Below, piece after piece: positions 25,301 to 40,300 of a DNA stretch of 64,000 nt (positions within the stretch are counted from its first letter, which is position 1; every line of letters begins with the position of its first letter). The notes beneath the pieces were generated by a model. That model made no database searches. It was not told where the DNA came from and saw nothing but the letters and a program-made list of their open reading frames with translations. The DNA lies in assembly GCA_020137815.1 (NCBI GenBank), contig CM035353.1, positions 2,418,001 through 2,482,000 on the forward strand, given 5' to 3'. The position numbers and the translations under genes were made by a program. The DNA is from Hormiphora californensis (taxonomy: Eukaryota > Animalia > Ctenophora).

Positions 25301-28300
25301 GCCCCACACAGTTAGAGGCAGGGAGAGTCGGTGCAACAGCACAACTTGTACAAACATAGAATTGCTACACATTTGCACGCCACCTCATATAAAAAGCAGT
25401 CCTATACTGTGCAAGATGTTCGCTGAGCATCTCCACCTGCCTAAGGGTGACCTGGGATATTCGGAACACTGACAGTACCACGGCGAAATTAATGCCCATT
25501 TCTTCAGAACCTGATGGCCCAATAATCCCTACGAGACTTGAAATAGGATTCTATCACATACTGCAAAGCGTGAAGCCCCTCATCGGACACAATACTCGCT
25601 GGCTTGTAAGACCCGATGTCCAAAACATCACACACACATGATCTTTTTAAATATGATGTTTGAAAGCAATGCCATAGAAATGTGATGAAGTAGTATAACA
25701 TATATATTTTCGATGATGACATCTCCGCCTCCTCCCGCAGGGCCTAAAGAGAGGACTGGTAAGAACGCAGGTACAGGCTGCTGAAGATATACACTTAGCG
25801 GGGCTACAGAGTCAACTTATAGGAGTAGGCTAGTGGATACTGGATAGCGCTAGTGCGTAGTGCGAAATGGACAGTGGGGATAGTTCAGGATAGTACCCGA
25901 ACCCGATTCCCCACTAACGACGAACAAGATATGAACAATAATACAATAAATGAGAGATATCACTGCTTCATCGCGAAATGAATGAGGAGATCCCGCGAGT
26001 TACCGAGAGACAGCACTCAGCAAGGTCAGACACCATCCAATGCCGAAAATGGACATGCCCGAATCTGCTCACATCCAGATCCAGGAGAATACCTGGAATA
26101 GATCCTAGAAGGATTGCCATAATCCTGAGAACGATTCCGGAAACAATGGCTGAAGGACTAAAGGAGTTTCTACATGAGGAAAACCGGGAGGGATGCCACC
26201 AACAAAAGACAAGCGGATACAGAGAAATATACCCTCTCTCCAGATGCTAATGTTCAAGCTCCTATCAGAAAAGGTTGTTAATCCGCTTTCAACGCACAAC
26301 AGGCAAACAGAACCCTATTTCCAGGATAATAGAACCATATTTCTGTTTTTTACCAGGATAACAGAACGCACTATTTCCAGGTAACAGAATCTATTTCCCA
26401 GCGTTAACAGGAACGACCATATTTCCCAGAGATAACCAAACTTTAGCCGGGTCAAAACTATCATTGTATTTTATAGCGGGCGAGGGCCAAACAGTTACAG
26501 CTGTGAAAGTAGACTATAATTTACTCAATCAAAAAGACAACCGCCGTTTATCACAAAAAACGGACTCTGGCCTGAAAGCCCCACAGAATCCTATTATCAC
26601 CCCCTCTGGTTCTGTTGGAAGTTTGAGGAAATATGAAATGCAGATTAAATTATCCTGCCGAACGATTCCGCGAACAATATGATTCAAGTTCATTTCAAAT
26701 AAATTACACACAATAGTATACAACATACAGTAAATGACAGAAATTCCCATCGCGAATGCCCTGGTCCCCTTTGTAACTAGTATACATGGTAAAATATGTA
26801 TTTAAAAGTCCCTACTCAGCCATAAACAGCGCAGCAGCAAACAACATCTACAGATTCACACAACACTCTTCCGTTCATGCTCTCGAAACTCATTAGGGAC
26901 CGTAATATAGCCACGCCACCGGTGCCAGTCATAGTCATAGAATTCCTTCATAAGAACGCACCAAGGTTGCCTTCTGAAGAGTAACCTCTCGGAAGGAGTT
27001 TAATTCCATAACCGAGATAAGCCGCTGAAAAAGCCCTAACCTCATAAGAGACTAGAAGAGAATTCTACCTAGAAAAAAATCGCCCCACTAGAAAAAAATC
27101 AGAAACTCTCAGGGTTGCTGTGTGCTCTAAAAAAACACTTCGAATCGGAGAAGGGCACTATCCAACGATGCGGCCCCCTGGAGGATTTCAATATCGGATA
27201 CATAAATGGTGTGAAATTCTAAATGAAAAGCCCAATACACACAAGCTTCACACGTACGAACGATTAACTCCTCTAGCGTTAATGTTCAAGCTACTAGAAA
27301 GTCTTCAATTCGTACAAAGGGAATATATCTACAACCGATTAGCCAGACTGCGAGTTAATATAACAATTCATTGACTCAAATATAGAATGATACGATAGGA
27401 TGAACACGAGGCTATCCTCTTTTTTACCCTTATAGGTGAATGCCCTTATAGCCACCGTCAACTAACTTCCGAGCCAACACACCGGTGTATCGTATGAGTA
27501 CATACCCGCTTGGAGACACCGCACAATCTGCATATGAGTACGAGAGCAAACATCATTTCATGAAGGGAGCAAGCATTAACAGATTAGTAAAATCAGCACA
27601 CAGCAACAATGCCTCATCGTAATTCATAGATGTACGAACCATAGTCGATGAAAGATATCTCCTGTAAGGATTTATCCAAAGTAAGATACAATCTAGCCAC
27701 ACAGATGCCTATAAACAGAAATTGCATACTGTGTTGCAAAACGATAAGAGATGCCATACTCCTGTGCCTGTTGTCGAAAATATACACTCTTGTAATTAAA
27801 ATGTAAATCTTATTTAATACCTAGAATACTAACAGATTATACCCATCTGCACTACTAGCCCAAAATCCATCTCCACCGTTCTATGGTATGGGTTTTTAAA
27901 TGGACCGACCTCCAAAGGAATGAGTGAAGAACGCCCAATGGGGTAAACCTAGAACTCAGCAATACAGGGAAGATCCCAGATACAATAGTAATTACCAGGT
28001 TTTGTAAATTGAACTTATAACCACCTGGAATCGAGGCGGAGAGGATGACCGTGTGTTAACTGAATCCCAAGAGCAAAGTGGAAGTGAAGACGAAAGGAAA
28101 AACACTAAAGACTCTTAAGGAACTAGAATAACGAAAAAGGGTGATTTTGCCACAAAATCGATGAGCGACCGAAAGAGCGGACGATTAAAGTCAAAACTAG
28201 GAATAACTATTATTTTATACCAATCTACTTATGTCACGGCCCCCTGTCAGAAGAGGAAGTTGTCATGCCAGGCATTCAGAAAATTCGAAGCATCGAAGCA

Positions 28301-31300
28301 TTTAGCCAATTGCTCAGCCAATTAAGAGATACTAAAACAAACTAGCCCCGAACCCCAACAGGAAGACCTGTATTATTTATTTAGTGACTTGTTTTTGATC
28401 TCATCATATTACCTAATATAGATCGAACGCTAACCCAAAGGGCGAACTTGTGCCCCAAAGACTGATCGGCCGATTGCCTATAGGATAATTGTTTCGGATC
28501 AGTACCAGTATAAGGCAGGAGTGCCTGGCGTGACAGCAGGTTGGCAAATAAGAACCCTGTTAAACCTCAGCCGTGAGAAAAGAGAATGGACTGACGGTGA
28601 ATTGATATTACCGGAGCTTGTGTTGTAATGGTCAGTATGCGAGAGGGGTGTGCGCCCCGATCTAGTGCTAAAATCACTAAAAAGCGACTCGAGATTGGCC
28701 GTAGGCCGGAAACGAGAGTTTTATCGCTACATCTATACTTCATTTCGAGAGTAGTGTGCTAGGGCCGTTATTTAGGGATTCGTAGGTAGAAGTCGAGTTA
28801 GGGTATAAAAGGTTATATCCGGTACATAGATCGTGGGGTTGTTTAAAGCGATGGCCGGAATGGCCGTAGCCCTGGCCATTCCAAATCGACCGATTTATCC
28901 GTGGCATAGTAGCAGTAGCCAGACATAGTTAGTAGTTAGCGACGTTCATAAATATCGACTGTACGGCCCCAGAGGCACCATACTTATAAGCTCATTTTAG
29001 AAAGTTTTCAAAAGTTTTTAAAAAGTGTTCTTCACCCAGGAGCGATCGGCCCGATTCGAACACGAGATTCTCCCGCTTGAATAGGCAAGGCTCATAGCCG
29101 CCCTAGCCGCCACCTTCAGCGCTTAATTAAATAATGCAATCGGCGAATGTATTTATTCTTATATGTGCGCTTTTCGCGCCCAAGGAAGAGGGGGGAAGAT
29201 TTCCCGGCCAGACAGAGAACACGAAATATCCCGTGTTTTGAGGGAAGACTAGGTAGATTTGAACCGATTTCGCCCCGCGGCGCCGCCTCTGCATTTTGCC
29301 CTGACGCTAGCAAGATAGCTAAGAAATAAGTTACCAGCGTCCCAAGACATCGAATTTACGGTCCAAAAAACTAGGAGTAGCAGGTGAACACACGTGTGCG
29401 TCATTTGTGTGAAAAATGGCCGAATCCCGCGATAATTAAATTTGGGCCGTCGCGAGAATCGTCTTCCCAGATCAAACTCTGGTATATGGTAGATAGAGAG
29501 TCCTCCCTATTGGGTTAGATATAGAGTCACGTATAGCCCAATAGAGTCAGCCCCACCGCTCATGGAGATCCATAATTTTAAGCCGATTCCGACCGTTCAA
29601 CAGCGTGATATCGTTGGCTGAACCTGAACAACGGAGAAGAATGATAGATTCTGCCGCCAAGGATGTGAAAAGGTAATCAGCGGCTACACGAGTTATAAAT
29701 CAGTACGGACCCGTATTACCGGTAATGACTCGGGGAAAGGGTTTTCGCCCCGCTAAATCGGGGTGTATCGGTATATCGGTCAAAGAACCATGTTATTTAC
29801 CTATATCGGTGAATTTTTATCCTACCCGGCTTAAATCGGAACGCGTATCCGCAGTAATCTGGGCCCGGCTAAATCGCAGGCGTCGGACTGTAGCCGACTA
29901 AAACTTAATTCCTTATGAAACAAATGCTAAGGTACGCCCGATATACATATTATATGTGCGAAGTTTTACAGATGTTTTGAATTATTATGCAGCCACATGC
30001 TGCCTTGAAATGAGATGCGGCATTTTACATGAGCGATAATTTTAAGATCGGTCTTCATAAGACGCAGACGCCCAAAATAAATAAATAATGTCGAATACTG
30101 AATGATGAGAAAGATATTGCAGAACTAATTAAACGTCCTCAAAGGCGTTAACACGATCGAAACAACAGAAGGTATTACTACGAGCCTCAAGGAACAGTGA
30201 CGTAGGACGTAGAATCTATAAAAAAATTGGAAGATTGCGAAATGGAAGTCCAAGCGATTGGTGTAAGGTAGAAGATACAACTACACTACCCAAACCCTCA
30301 TTACGAAAAGGATAAAGCCCAAGACATCTGATCGAAGCCTAATATGATATTTTAAAAAATACTAGCGGTACATAGCGGACTATATTATTAAATTTGTTAA
30401 ATTTTCAAATTCAAAAGGAGCATAAGAAACTGCTTATTTGCGAGAATCAGTTCAACATTTAGCAGTTCATTATTTGCATTCATTTGAATGCTCTGAATTA
30501 CACTTGACAGTTCACCCGTAACTAGTCTCTCTTTAATCCTTAAATCTATCAATTTACAACCGCCATCGCCTATGTCTGCGCTCTCATGATCATTCTGTCA
30601 AAAGACTGAATCCTTTCTCTGCTATCTTTATACACAAGTAACTTAATATCTGCATCTCTAACGCACTCAAATACCTGCTCGTTTTCTTTACTAGAGGGAC
30701 AACGTCCATTTTAAATTGCTCTCTCTCAAAACATACTCCTTGCTGCTAATTGCTACCTCTATAATCCCTCTAATATCCCAAAATTGCAAGATTTCTCTCT
30801 TCAAAATGTGCGTACTCAGTAAGCCATTTAAAACTAGTCAAATACATCATTCACATTCTGGATACAGAATAACTTTGCCGCATGTGTCGACCATAAACGA
30901 TTGCAGGGATTCTCCAGACTCTCTCTACAATCAGTGCAAACATTTGCCCCAGTTCATATTTGATTCATTTTTAATGCATCTGTTACACTCAAGACATACA
31001 CCCGTCTACATAATGTCTCTCTTAATCCATAAATACTATCATTTACAACGCAATCGCCTAGTCTGAGTTCAGTCATTCTAGTCAAATAGTGCTACCTTTC
31101 CTGTATACCTTCAACACAGCCTACCTCTAATATCTGATCTCTAACGCACTCAATACAATGGCTAGTTTGATCTGTATCAGGTCAGCGATACATAATATCA
31201 GCTCATCCTTGTGTTCTAGCGCATGCTACTGCACTAAGTCGCCTTATCGCCGTGAACAACTCACAATTTGTTCTTATCTGCTACCCACCCGTCTTGTCCT

Positions 31301-34300
31301 ATAGAACATCTACACAATCTAGGGACTGACACGACAATCGTGTCCACCCTCTTATTTGTCATTTCGATTCATTTTTGTTCATCTTCGATCTCACCCTGGA
31401 AGATGGAAATGGTAACTCTCATATCGACTCACCAACACATCACCCACAGGTACAATCATACATCAAAAAGCTAATGTAAGTCATACTGTCTGATATTGTA
31501 CTGTCGGTCAATCTATTTTATGTGCTACATTGCACATAATGATCGAGTAACCTACCAATCAATAATTTATTAGAGCTACTATAGACAGACTACCCAGACC
31601 AAGCTTGAAGAAGTGTCTACCACTCGAGCGCGACGTTCGTCGCTACACAAACAAACGAACAGTGCCTACCAATAGCACAGCAACCCCAGACTGCAAAATG
31701 TGCCCCCTAACTCTGTCTTTTTGCCTTTTCGCGCCACCAACAAGATAACTGCAATGTCCTACGGCGGCGAGCATGCGAAGAGCTGCAACCGACTTAACGT
31801 GTCGGGCTGCGTAAGTGTCTGTGCCAATGTAACAATGACTGACTAGACATATGAATGCAAGGATATATCAACTGCCCACAACACCGATGACAGAAGCCTC
31901 TGACGAGCGATTGCCAATTCGTTCTGACCTAACGGGCCAGAGTATATGGCACCGCTATTATACCTCTTCTGACATACCACCACCCACCACCACGTTATTT
32001 AGACCCTCCGACAACCATGACCACGGGAGTAAACCAACTCCACAATGGGAAGTGTTAAAAACACCATTCACAAAAATAACATAGATTATATGCTGTCCGG
32101 GTCATGGGATGGAGTTTGCAACGAGCAAAATGTATTAGCCCACCCGCATGACCAGTCCTCTCAGGACGACAATAATCTGACGTTGCAATAATGCTAACAC
32201 TGGCTAACGTCTGTCTGTAGAGACGAGAATACAAGAGTCCTTTATATAATACGAGTAAGACGAGAACATAGTTACAGTTTGGATCCTTTAATCAAGGATA
32301 ATATGAATTTTGCGTGAGGGTGAGCGGGAATACACTGGAGAGCACAATGTCATACATTCTACAAAGATGCAATGAGTGGAAAGATAAGTGGTATTGCCGA
32401 GTGCCATGCCCTAGAAAACTAGCATTATCTCTATTAATAATTGAGATGACTGATTGTGATGGCCGTTCTACGGTCAGCACAGATATCTACGCGACAGACG
32501 CTCCTTCATAAAACACTTCATTAAAACACGTTTCGCACACAAACGTGTCCTCATCAGTGCTTAAGCTTTAACATATGACGGAACTGTTGTGTCAAAACGT
32601 GTTTTATTAGCAATTGATTTTAACACCTGAATCAACGTCGTTTCCTGAATAGCTGCTGAATGAACCCACGAACCTACACACATGCGAGACCAGTTTGCGA
32701 CGGTCATTCAGTGGCCCCCACTCATATCATTGAGTCACATAAACTATATAGCTGGTTTATGAAGGAGAGCAGACTGTCGCTTAGTACGCCTAACGGCTAA
32801 CGAACGACTGACGTTCCTCTCCAAATTATATAAGAGATCCTTCAAACCTTACAATTATATTTAAATATCTTTCGTTATTAATCACAATTAAATATATGGT
32901 GGGATGGCGTGTTTTAATCCTAAACTCCCCTTTAAGAATTGATCGAAATGAATCAGATGGAGGCCCATCCGTTTTCCCTGACGATTCGGTGGTTGCTGAT
33001 TCCCTGCATAGTTACGAGGACAACAAACTGAGGGTAATAGAGAGACACTGAGGCAAATGTGCAATCTAAAATGATGAAACGTAAACCATGCCGGCAGACA
33101 GGAAGGAAACTTTTGACTGGGAAACTTTAGCCGCGCCTGAAGAAAAGCTTTTTTCAGTTACGAATGTTGATTAATGTGGACATACAACATTGTATAATCA
33201 AATGTATAATGTCTTTCTCAGATGCCATATCGAGAAAGACTCGATGGAAAATGGCTAATGGGCCGGCATTACTGTTAGGCTTCATTAGGAGTCGGAAGAT
33301 TACCTATCTACAGGGCAATAAAGTATCTGAGACAATGAAAGCGCATAATGGAAAAGAAAATACATGTGAAATTTTCAGTTCACCCACACATAGAATGATG
33401 GCCTTAGATGGCTAAAACCTAACCTGTACTTCTACCTGATTGCTCTCGGCCCGACGTGCAGTGAACAAGCTCTTGCATTTGGTGGACACTCAAGAAGCGC
33501 AAAACTGCAGATGATCCAAACTTATATCTTAACTGTGAACTCACCTTTTTGCGAATACTATATATAATTTAATATATTAACATTTCAAAAATGACTTTAG
33601 CTTCCGAACATACGAGCGGATGCCAAGGCTCCCCCTCCCTTTATAATTGACTCGCCACAAACAGACATGATGTCAGCCTCAGATTGTCACGTCTCTTTGC
33701 GTTCGCATCCTACCATCAGTATCGCACCCACTACAACTATAACTGAGACAGATATGAAATGGACAGTGTCAATATTATTGCTTAAACAGATTTAATAATA
33801 ATAATCGCAGCCGGAACAACCTATAAAAATTATGACTGCGAAAAGTGAAACTCGCGACCACTCCCCTCGATCCTATCATCCCCCCAGCAGGCCCACCCCG
33901 TCGGGCTAGGTCTCACGAGCCATAGGCCGACCCACGGAGGCACGGTATAAAGTAACATCCAACAAGTATTGGGATACATAGGACATGCGCCGAAACGCCC
34001 ACATCTCCGCCCAAGCGCGCGCGGTGGAACAAGTAGCACGACGGCCTGCTCAGGAATAACTATATTCTCAAGACATGCGACTTATAAGAGCATATGAAAC
34101 AGAGGTACAACGATTGTAGAAACTAATAGACCATTTGAGTAATGGGACGTAACGAGTGCTAGCGAAACACATTGTTTCTGCAAGATTTCCCCTTGTCACG
34201 CAGTTTACTTTCAGCGAAATAATGCAATTCCACCACCCCCTTCCTACTGCAGACGTAACTTGAACACACTAACAACTATCTCTTACCTCAGAAGCTGAAT

Positions 34301-37300
34301 CTTAAGAAAGAACGGGTTGGTTTAAGATCAGACACCAACGAGCTCTGCGCCACCGAACCAGTGACCACTGCATAAAACCTGCCTGACCCGACTGAAGACG
34401 GACGAAGCGACCGATCCAGACGGGCAATCCGACGAGGAAAGACGATTAGAAGAGAAGATGATATCATGGTAACAGTTGAGGCATGCAGAACAGAAAACGC
34501 CATAAACACAGATCCTAGGATCTATCAGAGAGAAAGAAATGTTCTGACTTAAACAAATCTAGCATAAACTTTGAGAGTGCTCGGCTGTGCTATAGCCCAT
34601 TTTTTGTAACGTCTACCATGTTATCATCTGTGTAATGTTGCTTCGATAAAAGTAAAGGTGTGTTTATATGTTCTCAGTTGAAGTGATTGATGGGTCTTGT
34701 ATGACATACAACTATGAGTTTGTAGGTGCTCTCGTGATATAGAAACATGCCCGAAAAGTTCATTCAAAATTTAAAAGAGTTTGACAGTGTGACCTGTTAA
34801 AAGCGAGATGAGAGAATCGAGTCAGAATTGCGTTTGGGCATACTGCCACACATCTCGGGACCAGTGAGCCCCCTGGATACAACCGGAACCATACAACCGG
34901 AACAACCAGAAGAACCTGAACAACCGGATACCTGAAACAACCGGAACCATAGACTGCTTTCGTACCTTCACGGCCATTTTAGGCGAACACGCCCTTAACA
35001 AGCCCTCAGATGTCAAGCGTTCACAACTAGGCACCAATGACGAGGACCAGCAACTCAGAAGCAGTGAGGCAGAGAATGACCCCCCCCCAATCGACACCAG
35101 GAAAACAGCAGTAGAAGCCCAGAAGAGGCACAACACGAGATTATGGCTAATAATGCAAGGAAGAGAAACAATATTGCTGCGAAAAAAATCATTGAGAAAA
35201 CTAAAATGGTGTTAGGCTAATGGGTCTCTGATTGCATTTATAATAGCGAATAAGGAAGATGCGAACGTTCTTTAGTCGATGTCGCTGCCATTTATGGTGT
35301 TATATTCGAAAATTCGAAAAAGCAAACATCATGATTCAGATTTCTCAAAATTTGGAATAAGGAGAAGTTAGAACCCCACAGCCGCCAGCGGACATACTGC
35401 AGCAGTCGAACCCCCAGCCGCCACAGGAACAGTTGAACAAAAAAATAAAAACCCAGCCACCAGACCTACTGCAGTCGCAACCCCAGCCGCCACAGAGAAT
35501 AGCTGAACAGTAACCGTGGAGACCCCCGATGCGATAATTCTTTTATATAACATCTGGACGCGGGAGGTAAAGAGAATGTAGCGAGAGTGCCTGATATACT
35601 CATAAAAATTATAACACAAAATACAAGCACACTCCTCCGCCATTACCCGAAGTGTGGAGGAGGAGAAGCACGAGGCTTCTCTAGAGACGCTGGAGAGAGA
35701 CGGAGGGGCCATTATACGAGATTAGAGGGCGTAATTTATCTTTTTTTTTGTGATTATCACTTCCATATCTTTTTAATTTTCAGGGCCTGCCCTTGGAACT
35801 TGAAAAGCGGGCACAATCAAGGCGTACCCTAGAGAAATGAAAAAATCTTCCCTACGAAAGACAAAGGAGCTGCGAATATTTGGCCCTAAAGACTACTAAG
35901 ACAGCCTGCAAAATTCCTGCAGCGTATGTTGACTCAAAATATATATATGCGAAGGTTAAGGCCAGCGCTGCGCAAAGTCTTATCTGTCTATTAATCTATC
36001 GCCCATATTACAAATTGTAATAGATTTGCCAACCCATTTCAGTAAGCGACTATTCATGAAGTATGATTGCATGGTCACCAGTATTCACACATAACCTCTG
36101 CGCCGACCTCAAAACGACAGAACCAGGTCATATGTGAGGCATTTTTACTGTCAGCGACTAACACAGGCCCCTACTCAGTATCGGCGTGCCCAACGAGAGA
36201 TTTGACACACAATAGCCAAAAACTCTCCTATAATGTCCCTATTCTAAATACGTAGCGATAAAACTGCTAAGCTTTACTTTTATTATTGAATCGGCCTACA
36301 CAAAAAAAAAACCCCCCCCAAAACACACACACACACATTACATTTCTTTTAAAACATAGCACGAATACCATTCTCTCTGAAACTTCGCGGACCGAAAATA
36401 GCATATGCAAAATGTTCGGTACAATTTTGTGTCCAAGAAAAAATTCTAATGAAAGAACCAGATTGGTTTGAGCAGATACTACACCAAATATCGGGACCAG
36501 CTGCCCTAATACAACCGGCGATATGTCAGATAACCATTAGATTGGCTCGTAACCCTTCACGGCATTTGGGAACACGCCCTCAACAGTTACATGGCGATAC
36601 AGCCGCCAAAACGCAACCTGCTCATCGACCACATGTACCAAATCCGACCTCGCAACAGCAATTGCGAGATCTCGCTTTTTATTATCCTGAATACTAAGAA
36701 CCATGCCCCAAATGCAAAAGAAGCGCACCGACCAACCTCCACGATGCGAACCAATCTCCTTCATGAAGTGTTGAACAAGAAAACAAACCAGAGACCTCCT
36801 CCTAAATCCCCCCCCCCCCAGCCGCAACCAACATGGAAGCAGCTATCCCCAAGCACAGGGTGCCCCCACAAATAAAAGCCCCCGCACATAATCAATCCCA
36901 GCACCAACCAGCAGCGTACCGGGACCTGGAGACACCAACACAGCACGTCAGCACAGGGACATGGTTAATTTTTCTATTCTCCCGAAAAAATGGCATTTTA
37001 GCCCCCACTGTGCCATCAGTGGCAAAGTTGATAATATATTTGCCCAACCCATTTTATAAGTAAAGGACTATTCTATGAAGTATGATGAGACAACAGTATC
37101 TCACACTACCCTCTGCCCTCGACCTCAAAACGACAGAACCAGAGTACATATATGAGGAGTGTTTTACTGTCCCAGACTACACTAGGCCTACTGATATCGT
37201 GCGTGACACCGAGAGATTTGACAACACCAATGCCCCCCCCCCCCCCAAAAAAAACTTCTAATAATACTCCTTTATCTAAATATATAGATAAAACTTAGTA

Positions 37301-40300
37301 AATGTTTAACTTCAATATAAGAATTGCCGCCTTACACAACACACCACACATACATACATAGAGAATCATTCTCTCAAACTTCGCCGGAAAATAGATATTA
37401 GGAAAAATGTTTCGACCAATTTTGTGTTTTTTGCTGAGAAAAAAAATTCTAAGAAAGACCAGATTGCGTTGCGGATACTGCACCAACATTCGGGACCAGT
37501 AGCGCCTAATACAACCGAGATATGTCAAGAGGAGAAACATAGATTAAGGTTGCTAACCCTTCGCCGGGCATACTGGAAACACGCCTCAACAGATTACATC
37601 GGGATACAGACAGCCAAACAACGCCATACTGCCCCATCAGACACATGTACCAAATCCGACATCGCCTAACAGCCAATTGGAAGACCTTATTTTTATTATT
37701 CGCAATGAATCTGAAAAAGGCCCCCAAATGCAAGCGCACCCACCGACAACCTCTACTGTCAAATTGGCCCAGCGCTGTGCCTAATCTTATGTTTTGATAA
37801 GTTGGACACCGACGCCGCCACTACAAATGCTACAAACAGGGCTCATGTGCCACCTTTTTTCCTCTTGTCAGAGTACTACACCGGACTCTTTCCTTGCGAA
37901 GATAGATATGAAGATTCGACCCCTGATAACAATAAGTTGAAAACGCTTTATTTTATTTACTTTTATTCATTGCTACTTGTTTCTAATTATAACAATGATC
38001 AGAAAATACTTATCGTAAGAGTTAAAATCACATGGAATCGACACTGACAGGGGGCATGCAGGCGCGCCCCGACAGTTTTATCTTACCCATTGCTTCTATG
38101 CTTCGAATCGTTCACCAGGACAGGAAGACTTATTAATATTGATCATTTTACATCATAGCCCCCGTGCATCATTTAATTAATTTTAAATCTGATTTCTGTC
38201 TGTTTTTCATGAGTGATATAGTGATCATAATTTGTTGGGCATCTTCTATCATCTTTGATCATCATTATGATTACAAGTTACAAATAATATTACAGTGATT
38301 TACACGCTGCCAGCCACCTGCAGAGAATGTTGGCGCAGAATTATTTCTTATTTTTAAAGTTTAGAATGATGAGTAATATAGCAAATATACATTTTCGCAA
38401 GGATTTATGCATACCATCCCCACCCACAGCCTAGCCCCCACCTAACGCCCGACGCAGCTACAAAGAATATCACCAGACGAATATGACAAAAAAACAGTCT
38501 GCCTAGCTCGCCATGACCCATAGGCACGTTTACGATTCTGATGGTCGAGATAAGTACGCTGCCCAGATCTACAGCTGCGGATGTTTACTGACAGAAGACA
38601 CTAGAGCTACACAATGAACATGTGCGAGGCCATTTATACCACCGACCATCTGCCTCCCGCCCATCCCGATCCCCAACACCCAGCACCATCGACGCCCCAT
38701 CAGAGATTTCTTTTGATTAATATGCCAACTAAGATTTATTATCACGGTAGTCTCTATGTTGTCCAAATCTCTCGCTCATCACAATCCAATCGATTATTGT
38801 ATCTATCTTATTGTTATATATGTATATTTGTCTGTCCTATAATTATTGTATTGCTGAAGAAGCCTGCATGATCGTATCAATCGCCTATCCATAGCCTAGC
38901 CCCCCGACGACGACGCTAGCTACAAAGCTATATACCAGACGCAATATGAAAAACAAGTCCACAGATAAACAGCTAGCCAAGTAGTGCTCACAGTGTCTGT
39001 GCTGCACCCTTGAAGTCATTCACTATTTTCTATCTTTCTCGTTTCAGCAGAGATTCTCCTATACAGTTGGAGTCGATTGTAGCCAGTGCTACGTACATTA
39101 TCTACTCCAACCCTATGAACACTCTGTCAAACTCATTCTCCATGCACTGAAGACGATGCCAATGTTTACTCTAGACGCCAAAGCTATTGCTTTTGGAGTT
39201 CGGTGTAAAAAGCCTGTAGCATTTGTGTTCGAAGCGACCGTAGATTGAATTATATGATAACCCCCTGTTGGATTTATTTTTCTAATTGATATGTCATCTT
39301 TGAAATCTTATTTATTTGGGCCTTTTGTCATAACTCTTATCCATGATATTGAAGGATTACAACTTGCAATACTAAGTTTTTTCACGCTTGCGGCTGCCAG
39401 AGAATGTTAGCACAGAGTATCTCTGCTAGCGAATATGTCTAGAAAATAAAAAGAAGTACAGAGAAAAAGCGGCGAAATGCGGGCTTACCTGACTAGCTGA
39501 TGGGCCTGACCCTTATTGGTAACTAATCAAGGCCGTGCCTACTAGACCGCGTCAATTAGCCACGTTCTGCTGTCATTTATGATGTCTTTTATTTCACATA
39601 AACAGAGCAGATGTAGATGAGTGAGACCTTACCCCGAACACACATCTTCACTATTACAGAAGATCGACAAGGGGGAACCGAAAAAAAACAGTCACATTGT
39701 CTGAGTTAGGTTGTACATCCTGTTCAATATGAGGTACCCGGCAGAGTAAGCCAGATAGGCAAGAAGACGGGGAAAAAGGACCATTACAAGCCCGCCACAG
39801 TGGACGCCGCCGTTGTCCAGAGAGTCTAGGATAGCCACTCGACAATTTAAACCATGAAAGAGAGAGGCAAGGACATTTGCCGACAAGCGGTTCAAAAAGC
39901 TATCACAGGTAATATCCATTAACTATCAAGTTTCAGAGTAATCTTAGTAGCCCAACTACACAAAATTTCGCCATTTAATGATTTCCAACCATGTTATGTT
40001 CGTTATACTGAATAACCTTACAGGCTACCCTAGGCCACCAAAGAGAAAATTGTAAAGAGTCGCACTAAACAACGTTAACCACGGCCTACTTCTTAACGGC
40101 TCCTAGTGAGGGACAACATGGTTCACACGAATGACTGCTTGCCTGCAGAGTATGAGGGACATTCGCATGCCCGTGACATACCCCCAAGATAGTTGACACT
40201 GCTGATAAAGTGTGAGGAAAACCTGAAACGACTATCATCCGAGGACATCTTCCGACACCCTGGGGTTCCGTGTAAAGCCCTACTCATTAGTGATGACGAC